64,000 bases of DNA from Candidatus Parcubacteria bacterium (GCA_963806325.1 CAWDXL010000016.1:68043-132042); one strand, 5' to 3'. Positions 20,010-28,752 are shown, numbered from the stretch's first letter. Numbers and translations: made by a program. The notes: generated from the sequence alone by a model not told the origin.

Positions 20010-20024
20010 CAAGTCCCTCATCGC
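20010..20024 (+). repeat. 15-nt direct repeat of the tRNA-Val 3' end (att-like scar)
   Basis: CAAGTCCCTCATCGC occurs at 19834-19848, inside tRNA-Val, and again at 20010-20024. Confidence 0.8.
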
Positions 20025-20107
20025 CAATAAAATTTCTTCTTGTATTTTTGTTATTTTTGCGTAATATTGCCGCTAGAGAAATAGTAATGTTAAAGAAAGG
20101 AAGTTGT

Positions 20108-20542
20108 ATGGTTTATCATACAAAACCAGCCGATTTTTCGGCTAAGTTTGAGATTGTCAGCTGCTTTGTGGAAGCTGATCGCGATATTCTCTTGCTCCTG
20201 CGTCAGGATAACAAACCGCAAGGCAACACGTTGGGTGTGCCAGCAGGAAAGGTTAATCCAAAGGAAGACCATCTTTCTGCGATTTTGAGGGAGATATATA
20301 AAGAGACTGGCTTTCATACCTTCTTCGAAGAACCTGAATTTTACGGTACTGTTTTTGTGCGCTATCCGGAGTATGACTTCGTATACCATATCTATCATCT
20401 AGATCTCCCGATGAAGATTCAGGTGCAAATTAATCCACAAGAGCATAAAGGGTTTGCGTGGGTGAAGCCTGAACAGGCGTTGCGCATGCGACTCATCGGT
20501 GATCTTGATGCGTGCATTAGATTATTCTATAAACTCCAATAG
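20108..20542 (+). CDS. NUDIX hydrolase
   Basis: Nudix box GKVNPKEDHLSAILREIYKETGF. The ATG at 20108 follows AAGGAAG. Confidence 0.85.
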   Translation: MVYHTKPADFSAKFEIVSCFVEADRDILLLLRQDNKPQGNTLGVPAGKVNPKEDHLSAILREIYKETGFHTFFEEPEFYGTVFVRYPEYDFVYHIYHLDLPMKIQVQINPQEHKGFAWVKPEQALRMRLIGDLDACIRLFYKLQ

Positions 20543-20584
20543 TAGATTGTGGTGAAACAATCGACTGTTCATGCGTACAAAAGC

Positions 20585-20622
20585 AAAAGCCGCTCCGGTA
20601 TTTCACTGAGGCGGTTTTTTAT
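20585..20622 (+). terminator. Rho-independent terminator
   Basis: aaaagccgc ... gcggtttttt followed by atttgt. Confidence 0.55.
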
Positions 20623-20698
20623 TTGTACCGAGATTATTTATCAGATTAAAAGTTGTTGATATATAATTGCGAGTTTATAAGTTACAATAGATTATATT

Positions 20699-21046
20699 AT
20701 GAAAATACCCACCTCTGTTCCAGAGCTTGGTTTCTACTATCACTACAAGCATGATCCACAGGGATCTATTAATAACTACGCGTACAAGCTGGTTGGCGTG
20801 GGTTGTCACACCGAAGATGACTGCCGTCCAGAAGATGCTGCTATGGCTGTGTACCGGCCTCTCTACGAAGATGCATCTGTGTACAAAGCTGGAAAACTTT
20901 TTGATCTTCGGCCGTTGGAAATGTGGATGGGGAATGTCCTCAAAGACGGAAAAACAGTTCCTCGATTTCAAAAAATTATAGACCCTTCTCTTATTGCAAA
21001 ACTTGAGGTGGTTCATCGTACAATGTATGATGCACAGCATGAATGA
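20699..21046 (+). CDS. DUF1653-like protein
   Basis: The pattern YYHYKH...YKLVGVGCHTEDD...AVYRPLY...LRPLEMW resembles DUF1653. Confidence 0.6.
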   Translation: MKIPTSVPELGFYYHYKHDPQGSINNYAYKLVGVGCHTEDDCRPEDAAMAVYRPLYEDASVYKAGKLFDLRPLEMWMGNVLKDGKTVPRFQKIIDPSLIAKLEVVHRTMYDAQHE

Positions 21047-21317
21047 TAAAGAAGTGTATTGCCTTGTATATGGCGATGTGCAAGGCGTTTCATATCGGCA
21101 GTACGCGCGCGAAAAGGCGCGTGCGCTTGGCGTGACCGGCTATGCCAAAAATATGGAAGATGGTACGGTGGAAGTGGTAGCCCAGGGTCCAGAGGAAACA
21201 TTACGAAATTATTTAGGATTTATTTCTGCGGGACCGGAAACTGCCCAAGTGGAAAGTATAAATGTCTCATGGGGGCCGATTGATGAAGAAAAATTCTCAA
21301 GTTTCGATGTCCTCTAA
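21039..21317 (+). CDS. acyP: Acylphosphatase
   Basis: VYGDVQGVSYRQYAREKARALGVTGYAKNMEDGTVEVVAQG is the acylphosphatase signature. It overlaps the upstream gene by 8 nt. Confidence 0.88.
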   Translation: MNDKEVYCLVYGDVQGVSYRQYAREKARALGVTGYAKNMEDGTVEVVAQGPEETLRNYLGFISAGPETAQVESINVSWGPIDEEKFSSFDVL

Positions 21318-22086
21318 TCTACCGCAGATAGAAATTTTATATGAAGATGCGCATGTGGTGGTTATTAATAAACCTGCAGGTTTGATCGTGCATGCTGATG
21401 GCAGAACAACAGAGCCTACTGTTGTTGATTGGATTTTAAAAAAATATGGAGAGGAAATAAAAGAAGTAGGGGAGCCGCTTCATATTCGCGCTGGTCAGCC
21501 TGCCGAAGAAATAATATACAGGCCGGGAATTGTTCACAGGCTGGATCGAGAAACATCAGGCGTGCTGGCGATTGCAAAAGATCAGGAAAGCTTCTTAAAT
21601 CTCAAACAGCAGTTTAAAGACAGGGAAACTGCTAAGACATATCTCGCGTTTGTGTATGGTGAAATAAAAGAAAAAGAAGGGACTATTAATCGCCCGATTG
21701 GAAAGAGTACTCGGGATTTTAGAATGTGGTCGGCTCAGCGCGGAGCAAAAGGCGAGCTGCGTGAAGCGGTGACCGATTATAAAGTGCTTGAGGCAACAGA
21801 AGGCCTGCATCAAGATGGATTTTCTTATGTAGAAGTGCACCCGAAGACTGGGAGAACACATCAGATACGCGTACATTTTAAAGCGATAAACTGCCCGGTA
21901 GTGTGCGATTCTTTGTATGCACCAAAGAGAAAACCTGCGCTTGGATTCAAACGTCTGGCTCTTCACGCAAAAATCCTTGAGTTTGCGGATTTTGACGGCA
22001 AGAAAGTGATGATAGAAGCGCCGCTGCCGGAGGATTTTAAAAGAGGATTGGAAGAGATAAAAAAGATGATAGAGGTTGCCAAATAA
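21283..22086 (+). CDS. RluA-family pseudouridine synthase
   Basis: [11 protein letters not shown] and the catalytic [11 protein letters not shown] motif. The start may instead be the ATG at 21307. Confidence 0.88.
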   Translation: MKKNSQVSMSSNLPQIEILYEDAHVVVINKPAGLIVHADGRTTEPTVVDWILKKYGEEIKEVGEPLHIRAGQPAEEIIYRPGIVHRLDRETSGVLAIAKDQESFLNLKQQFKDRETAKTYLAFVYGEIKEKEGTINRPIGKSTRDFRMWSAQRGAKGELREAVTDYKVLEATEGLHQDGFSYVEVHPKTGRTHQIRVHFKAINCPVVCDSLYAPKRKPALGFKRLALHAKILEFADFDGKKVMIEAPLPEDFKRGLEEIKKMIEVAK

Positions 22087-22117
22087 TGGCGCCTATGTTA
22101 GATTACTGCGTACATAT

Positions 22118-22555
22118 ATGGCAACAGCATCAATCAAAATTTCTCCGGTAAATATCGACGAACGCAAGTCTCTCGACCTTCGTGCCGGTGACACTGTAAA
22201 AGTGTGGCAGAAAATCAGAGAAGGAGATAAAACCCGCCTCCAAGCGTTTGAGGGCCTTGTTTTGGCCCGCAAACACGGCTCTGAAGCAGGTGCGACATTT
22301 ACGGTTCGCAAAGTAGCTTCGGGTGTAGGTGTTGAAAAAATCTTTCCTCTTTATTCTCCAAACATCGATAAAATTGATCTTATCCGCCGCGCCAAAGTCC
22401 GCCGCGCCAAACTTTATCACATTCGTGAAAAAGCCGCCAAGGAAATCAGTCGCGAAATGCGCCGCACCATGGTCATCAAGCCCCGCAAAGAAGTTGTGGC
22501 AGATGCTCCAGCCGAAACTCCCGCAGAACCGGCAGTAAGCAGCGAAGTAAAATAA
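22118..22555 (+). CDS. rplS: 50S ribosomal protein L19 with a C-terminal extension
   Basis: [31 protein letters not shown]...FTVRK...[13 protein letters not shown]...[10 protein letters not shown]. Confidence 0.92.
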   Translation: MATASIKISPVNIDERKSLDLRAGDTVKVWQKIREGDKTRLQAFEGLVLARKHGSEAGATFTVRKVASGVGVEKIFPLYSPNIDKIDLIRRAKVRRAKLYHIREKAAKEISREMRRTMVIKPRKEVVADAPAETPAEPAVSSEVK

Positions 22556-22566
22556 AATCTCATTCA

Positions 22567-22607
22567 AAACACCCTCTCAAAAATTTGAGAGGGTGTTTTG
22601 TTTTTTT
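22567..22607 (+). terminator. Rho-independent terminator after rplS
   Basis: aaaacaccctctcaaa-aat-tttgagagggtgtttt followed by a T-run. Confidence 0.75.
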
Positions 22608-22652
22608 GGATGCTTTGACTTTATGCGTTTTTTAAGTAAGATGTGTCTACAT

Positions 22653-22736
22653 GCGCAGGTGGCGAAATTGGTAGACGCACTACCTTGAGGTGGTAGCGCC
22701 TTCACGGGCTTGGAGGTTCAAATCCTCTCCTGCGCA
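22653..22736 (+). tRNA. tRNA-Leu (anticodon GAG)
   Basis: Acceptor GCGCAGG/CCTGCGC, anticodon stem CTACC/GGTAG with loop TTGAGGT, and a long variable arm. Confidence 0.9.
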
Positions 22737-22780
22737 CAGTAATAAACTCTCATAATTATTTGTGAGTTTTTATTATATAT

Positions 22781-22853
22781 GGTGCTTATAGTGTAATGGT
22801 TAGCACTAGAGTTTGTGGAACTCTCAGTCTGGGTTCAAATCCCAGTAGGCACC
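22781..22853 (+). tRNA. tRNA-His (anticodon GTG)
   Basis: An extra 5' G(-1) opposite C73, anticodon loop TTGTGGA, and T-arm CTGGG-TTCAAAT-CCCAG. Confidence 0.9.
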
Positions 22854-24412
22854 CAATTTTGCATCTATTAGTTGTAGCTCAGAACGCTTTATATTAAGCG
22901 ATATTAGCGTTTCCGGACTTTTCTGATAGAGCTTGTTTTCCGTAATTAACATCTGAAAGAAGGGGGTCGAGTGCGCTTTTATTAGTTGGCCGTCTTGCAC
23001 CTCAAACTTTTCCCAGAAAAATGTCAGTAAGTTCCGTTTTAGGTCGAATGATGCCTTTTTGTATACTTGATATATATTCTTGCTGAATGAGATTATTTCT
23101 TGTGCCACATTAGCATCAAAGCCCCTGATGTCTTCTAGCTCTGATAGTCTAACGGAGAGGCTTTTAAGCTCGCCATTGCATTCATTTATCATTCTTTTGA
23201 ATGTCTCATCGTCAATTAATCCTATTTTGTCTTCAATCGTCTTTCTTTTTGCCTCCCAAGCAGTACGCATATTGACCAATGTCTGCCTATTGCGGTCATA
23301 GTCTTTCACTTGGCTGTCAAACATACCCTTGGTTTTTTCAATAATATTATTTGTGAAGCTCTCACTAAATTGGAGGTCTTTAAATTTCTCCGCCACTGCT
23401 TCCTCAAGGAGAACCTGGTCACAATAGAGGCCACAACCAGTTGGGTTAGTACATCGGTAATATATTTTCTTTTTTTCATATTTGACCTCACCAGTAAATT
23501 TTCTATTGTGGATTGGGCAAAACAGAAGACCTCCTAATAACCACTTATGCTTACGTCGTCGGCATCTATTGCCCGTATGAGCCTTGAGAACGAGCTGTAC
23601 TTGGTCAAAGGTTGCTTTATCAATCAAAGGCTCGTGCTTTGCCTTTTTAATATGTATATGACCCCATTTAAGCTCGCCAATATAAAATGGGTTAGCGAGA
23701 AATCTATACATGACACTTGGTGCAGTCTTTTTACCCGTCTTACTCCGTAAGCCTTTTTCATAAAATATATCTATCAATTCGTACACATTATAAGAACCTG
23801 TTGCGTACATCTGGAAGAACTCAGTCATGAGTTTTCCCATTTCAGGATGAGGTATAACTATTCTATCAGCCATCTTATCTGTATGTGTTTTGTCTGGGTT
23901 CTCAACATTAGTGTAACCTAATACGGCTCTACTAGGTAAATAACCAGCCGCGGCTTTTGCATAGGTAATTTTCTTTACTTTTTTCGACGTAATATCTTTA
24001 TGATATTGGCTAAATGAGGCAACCATTGTATCCATAACTGTAGACTCAGCACTACCATCTGGAGTTGCCATTTGACTGTACTTCAATTCAACATTATTTT
24101 TCTCCAGTAGTTCTTTAAACTGAAAATAAAACATAGTGTCTCTTGCAATTCTGTCAGAATGCACTGCATACACGGCCTTAATCTTTTTTTGTTTTTTACA
24201 AGCTCAATAATTTCTTGAATACCTTTTCGGTTTCTATTTCCTCCAGATTTTCCTTTGTCAATAATTATTTTTAGAACTGTGTATCCATCTTTTTCTATTT
24301 CATCTCGGCAAGCTTTTTCTTGATTACCTAATGATTGATTATCGATTTGGTCGAGGGTACTGACTCTACAATACCCAACAGCATATCCTTTTGAATTTAT
24401 TATTTCGTTCAT
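22824..24412 (-). pseudogene. Large serine recombinase, split into two ORFs (24083-24412 and 22824-24203) by a -1 frameshift in an A7 run
   Basis: The N-terminal ORF carries the catalytic motif GYCRVSTLDQ. The downstream frame continues with KIKAVYAVHSDRIARD, a recombinase domain and a Cys-rich zinc ribbon (CPIHN...YYRCTNPTGCGLYC). The frames join at T7 24184-24190 on the plus strand. Confidence 0.85.
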
Positions 24413-24413
24413 A

Positions 24414-24890
24414 TTATTTTTTATTAGTTATTAATTTCTTACTCAATTTTCTTTTGCTAGCCACTAAATCAGAATGGTAAGCATTAAAGACAGCAAACAT
24501 TGATTCAATAAGGTTAGATTCAGCAGAAGTATCTTGCTTTATATTTGCAAATCTAACCTCAATGTCATTTGTCTTACAGAGATTTTTAAACTTACCCCAC
24601 CTTTCTATATTTCTAGAAATTCTTTCTAAATTAGCACAATATATAAGCTCCACTTTCTTTTCGTTTACCAAGGTTTCCAATCTTTTGAATCCTTCTCTAG
24701 TAAAATCATCCGCGCTTTTTTGAGTATCAATGACAACCTCCTCAATATCAGCATTATCTCTAACAAGAGCTTGTATACAAGTTGTTGCCTGTTCAGCAAT
24801 CAGACGATTATTTAATAATGGGTCATCATTTCTAGCTCTGATGTAAATTACCGCCATCTTCCTATTTGATTTTTTTACTTCCATACTCAT
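24414..24890 (-). CDS. Resolvase-fold protein lacking the canonical catalytic serine
   Basis: AVIYIRARNDD aligns to the Y.RVS motif with Arg at the Ser position. The LERISRN motif (dRlsR) is retained. Its stop lies 1 nt before the integrase ATG. Confidence 0.65.
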   Translation of the reverse strand: MSMEVKKSNRKMAVIYIRARNDDPLLNNRLIAEQATTCIQALVRDNADIEEVVIDTQKSADDFTREGFKRLETLVNEKKVELIYCANLERISRNIERWGKFKNLCKTNDIEVRFANIKQDTSAESNLIESMFAVFNAYHSDLVASKRKLSKKLITNKK

Positions 24891-24909
24891 TTATTATTTG
24901 ATTAATTTT

Positions 24910-25122
24910 TTACCTCATGAATCCTGTGAAATGCACGAGGCGAGGGGAGACACCGAAATCTACAGCTCTTTTTGTCATGTATGAATTCAGAATTTTCAGT
25001 GGCTCCTTCGCCTGACATTTTGCAAGGTCATAACTTATATCTCCACGCTTCATCAATCGCTTAATCTCGTCTAACCTGATTTTCGCTAACTTAGCCTTTT
25101 CCTGCATGATTTCATTGCTCAT
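24910..25122 (-). CDS. Small hypothetical protein (first gene of the recombinase operon)
   Basis: 70 aa with an ATG start, lying downstream of a good promoter on the minus strand. Confidence 0.4.
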   Translation of the reverse strand: MSNEIMQEKAKLAKIRLDEIKRLMKRGDISYDLAKCQAKEPLKILNSYMTKRAVDFGVSPRLVHFTGFMR

Positions 25123-25158
25123 ATTGACATTAATTTAATTACGTTGCATTATAATTAA

Positions 25159-25186
25159 ATTATAATGTCTTGCCGTAACGAATCAA
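25159..25186 (-). promoter_or_regulatory. Sigma70-like promoter (minus strand): TTGATT-N16-TATAAT
   Basis: On the minus strand the -35 TTGATT is plus-strand aatcaa at 25181-25186 and the -10 TATAAT is at 25159-25164. Confidence 0.4.
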
Positions 25187-25210
25187 GGCTTATACAGCAA
25201 CGTTATCCAC

Positions 25211-26257
25211 CTATGTAATTTGATTCCAACTATATAAGTAGCGATTGTGTTGAGCTTTGGTTACAGCGATTATTCCTTCGGATAATAAGTTATCTAAAAC
25301 CTGCTTTACCATATTTTGGGAATATTTATTTGGAAGTTCATCTTTGATTTGCAGTATATCTATACTTTCTAGCTTAGTTTTTAACAAATCGGATATTTCA
25401 ATAATCGCCATTTCTTGCTTTTCTTTCTGTCTCTTATCCTCCCCATCGTAAGATAATTCCATTAGGCCATTCTCATTTTTACTAATCTTTACCTTGAAAG
25501 AAGGTACAGCTTCATCTTGTCGCAATTTGGTCTGTTCGAGATATAGACAGCTATTAGGTTTATCTAATTTAACTGCTATATGCACATCGACTCCTGCAAG
25601 AATGTCAGATGAACCTCTTAGACTTTGGGAGGGGTTATTGTAACCAGACGATTCTTTTCTGTGATGATGTGTAAAAATAATACTTGTTCCCGTTACTCTA
25701 ATTTTCTGCAAGCCTTCCAATACTTTTGCCATATCTCTTGAAGAATTTTCTTCTCCACGATGGATTCTAACTAATGAGTCAAAAATAACGAGTTTGATAT
25801 TTTTCTGTTTAACTACTTCAATGAGGTGATTTAAGTCTTCCTCCTTGTCAATTTTGAAGCCTATCTGATTGAGGTAATGAATTTGGAAATTATCATCAGC
25901 ATTTATCCCAAAGGCCCTTCCTCTCTTTTGAATTGTTCTAAGATTGTTTTCTTCGTCAACAAATAAAACTGAAGATTTTAATACTTCAAATTTATTCAAG
26001 AATAGGGAGCCTGATACAAGTGAATTTGCGATAGCCATAGTAATCCAAGTCTTAAAATTAGATGGACTACCTGAAATCACAGAAATAGTATCAAGAGGGA
26101 ATAGCTTATCAATCAACCACTCTTCTTTTCCGTAGTCAGCCTGAATAATTTCGTTAAGGGTTTTAGTTTTGAATCGGTTTATTGATTCATTCTCATTCTT
26201 GATTTCCATATCAAGTTGCTCGATAATTTTTTCTGATTGTTTAACAATTTCTGTCAT
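25211..26257 (-). CDS. AAA_25/RepA-like RecA-fold ATPase
   Basis: WLIDKLFPLDTISVISGSPSNFKTW is a P-loop with F in place of the second G. Walker B is KLVIFDSLVRIH. The start overlaps the stop of the upstream gene (ATGA). Confidence 0.7.
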   Translation of the reverse strand: MTEIVKQSEKIIEQLDMEIKNENESINRFKTKTLNEIIQADYGKEEWLIDKLFPLDTISVISGSPSNFKTWITMAIANSLVSGSLFLNKFEVLKSSVLFVDEENNLRTIQKRGRAFGINADDNFQIHYLNQIGFKIDKEEDLNHLIEVVKQKNIKLVIFDSLVRIHRGEENSSRDMAKVLEGLQKIRVTGTSIIFTHHHRKESSGYNNPSQSLRGSSDILAGVDVHIAVKLDKPNSCLYLEQTKLRQDEAVPSFKVKISKNENGLMELSYDGEDKRQKEKQEMAIIEISDLLKTKLESIDILQIKDELPNKYSQNMVKQVLDNLLSEGIIAVTKAQHNRYLYSWNQIT

Positions 26258-26898
26258 AGATTGAGTAGATACTTCACTGCTTCAACGAAAGTTAAACTAT
26301 GAAGTAATCTGATTAGAATAATAATATTTCCATTCCTGCCACAGCCGAAGCAGTGAAAAGTGTTTGTTTTAAGGTAGATTGTGAATGAGGGAGTTTTTTC
26401 ATTGTGTAGGGGACAACTACCGATTAAATTTTTGCCAACTCGCTTGAGTTTGATACTTAACACGCTTTCAATTGGAACTGATTCAGCCCTTTGAATATCT
26501 GCTTCGCTCAACCAATTTTTATTTGGCGGACTTGCGCCTGAGTAGAGGTTATCCAGCCGTTTTAGTCTTTTGATTTGATTTTGTATTTCTACTAGTCTTG
26601 GTATATCTAGATGCTTTACCACAGCTTTCCAGAACCATTGATTCTCAAGAGCAGATTTCTGGTTAATAATCCTAAGTTTGTCTTTGATTAATGATTCTTC
26701 CATCTTGTACTCCTTCTGCCACTCATAAATTTTTTCAATTATCACAGAGTGTGCCTCTGGAAATACTTTTTTCAACTCACCCTCAAAGAAATGGTTAGAT
26801 TTTTTCCATGCAACTTCCATAGCTTCAACTTCTCTCCAGAGCAGTAGGTCATCACGAAAATCCTCAGTCATGAGACTGGTAATATATCTATTTTCCAT
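26254..26898 (-). CDS. CHC2 zinc-finger (DnaG-type) protein without a recognisable TOPRIM domain
   Basis: The C-terminal CPLHNEKTPSFTIYLKTNTFHCFGCGRNGN is the CHC2 primase zinc finger. Confidence 0.7.
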   Translation of the reverse strand: MENRYITSLMTEDFRDDLLLWREVEAMEVAWKKSNHFFEGELKKVFPEAHSVIIEKIYEWQKEYKMEESLIKDKLRIINQKSALENQWFWKAVVKHLDIPRLVEIQNQIKRLKRLDNLYSGASPPNKNWLSEADIQRAESVPIESVLSIKLKRVGKNLIGSCPLHNEKTPSFTIYLKTNTFHCFGCGRNGNIIILIRLLHSLTFVEAVKYLLNL

Positions 26899-27079
26899 CT
26901 TCTTCTTTCTTCTTATTTTTTCGACTATGCTTTTCTTTAATTAACTGGAAAAATATTCGAGCTAATCTTTCGGCAGCAATATCGACCTCAGTTTTTTCTG
27001 TTTGTGTTTCTTGCTCCATCCATTCGATACTAAGTACTTCGATGATTGTGTTAAGTTGTGCCTATTTGTGCCTTATAGT

Positions 27080-27103
27080 AAAAAAGCCCTATTTAAAGGG
27101 CCA
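27080..27103 (-). terminator. Rho-independent terminator (minus strand)
   Basis: On the minus strand ggcccttt-aaa-tagggc is followed by tttttt. Confidence 0.55.
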
Positions 27104-27171
27104 ATAAACTCATTTAAAAAGTTATCAACAACAAAAAAGCAACCGTTTGCTAAGTCATCTGGGAAATGATT

Positions 27172-27630
27172 TTATTTTGAAAGTTTTAAACCAACTCCTC
27201 TGTTTGTTTCAATGATGCCCTTATCTGAACTCTTATCTAGCGACGTGTGTTCAAGTAGTGCTTTCACTCCGTTAGTAATACGTTCTACAATTTTTTTCTT
27301 GTTCTGACATTTCTCGTGATTTTTTGATTCAAGATATTTATTGATACTTTCGTATGTTGCAGAACCATCTTTTGTATAAAAAAGGAAAGATACTATATGG
27401 TAGTGTAAAGAACTTGTTCCACTAAAATCTATTTTTTTATCACCATAATAGAAATCATTGTCTCTTTGTGTTACAACGCGCCGCCCACTTATTGCTGTGG
27501 CGGGGGATTGAGAGTAGTTAATATTTGCTAGAACCGCATCAATATCAGCCTCATCTTTAGAACCTTTAAGAAATACTTTGTGTTTGAACAATAGATTACT
27601 CGATTTCGTTTTAAGAAAATTATCAAGGCT
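27172..27630 (-). CDS. OmpR/CadC-type winged-helix DNA-binding segment (no ATG anywhere; probably the C-terminal part of 27528-28247)
   Basis: IVERITNGVKALLEHT...IIETNRGVGLKL resembles the trans_reg_C recognition wing. The frame is open from 27630 and the only candidate start is the TTG at 27591. Confidence 0.5.
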   Translation of the reverse strand, partial: SLDNFLKTKSSNLLFKHKVFLKGSKDEADIDAVLANINYSQSPATAISGRRVVTQRDNDFYYGDKKIDFSGTSSLHYHIVSFLFYTKDGSATYESINKYLESKNHEKCQNKKKIVERITNGVKALLEHTSLDKSSDKGIIETNRGVGLKLSK

Positions 27631-28247
27631 TTATTCGCATCTTTGATACTCGAATTGGCTTTTTCTGACTCTTTCTCAGCAAAAAATAAGTTAGAAAATG
27701 GAAGTTTGTAAAACTTTTTTACCTCATACAGTAAATCATCTTTCAGTAATTTTTCAATATCCTTGCAAAGCTCAATGTATACCACATTATGTTCTTCTGT
27801 TACAGCCCTGACATCAGTTGCATAATAATTTAGTAGTTTAATCAGAATTACTACTTTTTCAGACAAGAGTTCCAGGTTATCTTTTTTAAGTTTTGATATA
27901 TCTTTAGCATATTTTTTAAGGCTTGCGGGTCGTGCTTCAAAAATAGCTACTTCCATTTGAGTGTCTTCTTCAATATAAAAACTATTCTCCTGCTCAGGAT
28001 AGTCTCTTACAGGTATAATCTCAGTAGTGTATTTTAAATTTTTTATTAACCCAATTTCTTTAAAATAATCAAGAATCGGATATAGTATATGAGAATCAGA
28101 ATTTCCCAGTTCGCCTAGTTGCATTTTTACTTTATGAAATTCCAATGGTTTTGATAGATTTTTTTTATTCAAATCATAAATTGCTCTCAACATTCTTTCG
28201 ATGAGTATTTGTGAAGGTTTTTTGATTTGTTCAGGACTGTTTTTCAT
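27528..28247 (-). CDS. Hypothetical protein (element regulator/replication region)
   Basis: 239 aa with an ATG start. The last ~30 residues look like out-of-frame read-through (see finding). Confidence 0.5.
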   Translation of the reverse strand: MKNSPEQIKKPSQILIERMLRAIYDLNKKNLSKPLEFHKVKMQLGELGNSDSHILYPILDYFKEIGLIKNLKYTTEIIPVRDYPEQENSFYIEEDTQMEVAIFEARPASLKKYAKDISKLKKDNLELLSEKVVILIKLLNYYATDVRAVTEEHNVVYIELCKDIEKLLKDDLLYEVKKFYKLPFSNLFFAEKESEKANSSIKDANKALIIFLKRNRVIYCSNTKYFLKVLKMRLILMRF

Positions 28248-28421
28248 TGTAAGTATAATAGTATTTTTTGCTCCAGTTTCTAGATTTTCAGGCCAGTCTC
28301 TAAACTTTTCATATTGAAGCCACTAACTAATTATTTAGTAGAACCCAACTATATATTCAGTATCTAAAATATGCAAAAAATAAACTAAGAGCATAAATGA
28401 CTGAAATGTAAGACCCCGTGA

Positions 28422-28465
28422 GTTTCTAGTTTTTTCCTACTATATATAGGGAATAAACTAGGAAC
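28422..28465. repeat. 44-bp imperfect palindrome centred on TATATATA
   Basis: gtttctagttttttc (28422-28436) matches the reverse complement of gaataaactaggaac (28451-28465) at 13 of 15 positions. Confidence 0.6.
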
Positions 28466-28483
28466 TGGTTTAAAACATGATTA

Positions 28484-28752
28484 TTACCCTATATTTTCAC
28501 ATAATATACAGATATTTTATGTGGAAGAATGGGGAGAAATGGGTAACTTTTTACGCAAGTTAGCCATATTCTATTACCCACTAAAAATAGTAATGGGTAA
28601 ATTTTAAAGCAGAGAATAATACTAAATTGTCTATATAAATGGTTGAAAATAGCGAGTCATTTACACAAGTTAAATGTAAATAGGTAAAAACAGGTAACTT
28701 TTTACACAGATTAGCCATTCTTGACACCCTATCTCAAATTGCAATTAGGTAA
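28484..28752. promoter_or_regulatory. Iteron-like repeat cluster (GGGTAA/AGGTAA motifs and 26-nt direct repeats)
   Basis: (G/A)GGTAA or its complement occurs at 28484, 28541, 28574, 28595, 28682, 28692 and 28747. The 26-mers at 28542-28567 and 28693-28718 are identical at 23 of 26 positions. A partial third copy lies at 28660-28672. Confidence 0.5.

Noticed and set aside
26888-27019. 43-codon minus-strand ORF (MEQETQTEKTEVDIAAERLARIFF...) upstream of the zinc-finger gene
   Set aside because: It has no SD or promoter evidence and is very short. It cannot be supported from sequence alone.
28484-28752. Possibility that the short direct repeats are a CRISPR array
   Set aside because: The repeats are imperfect, irregularly spaced, partly inverted and only 6-26 nt long. 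There are no cas genes. An iteron/operator interpretation fits better.
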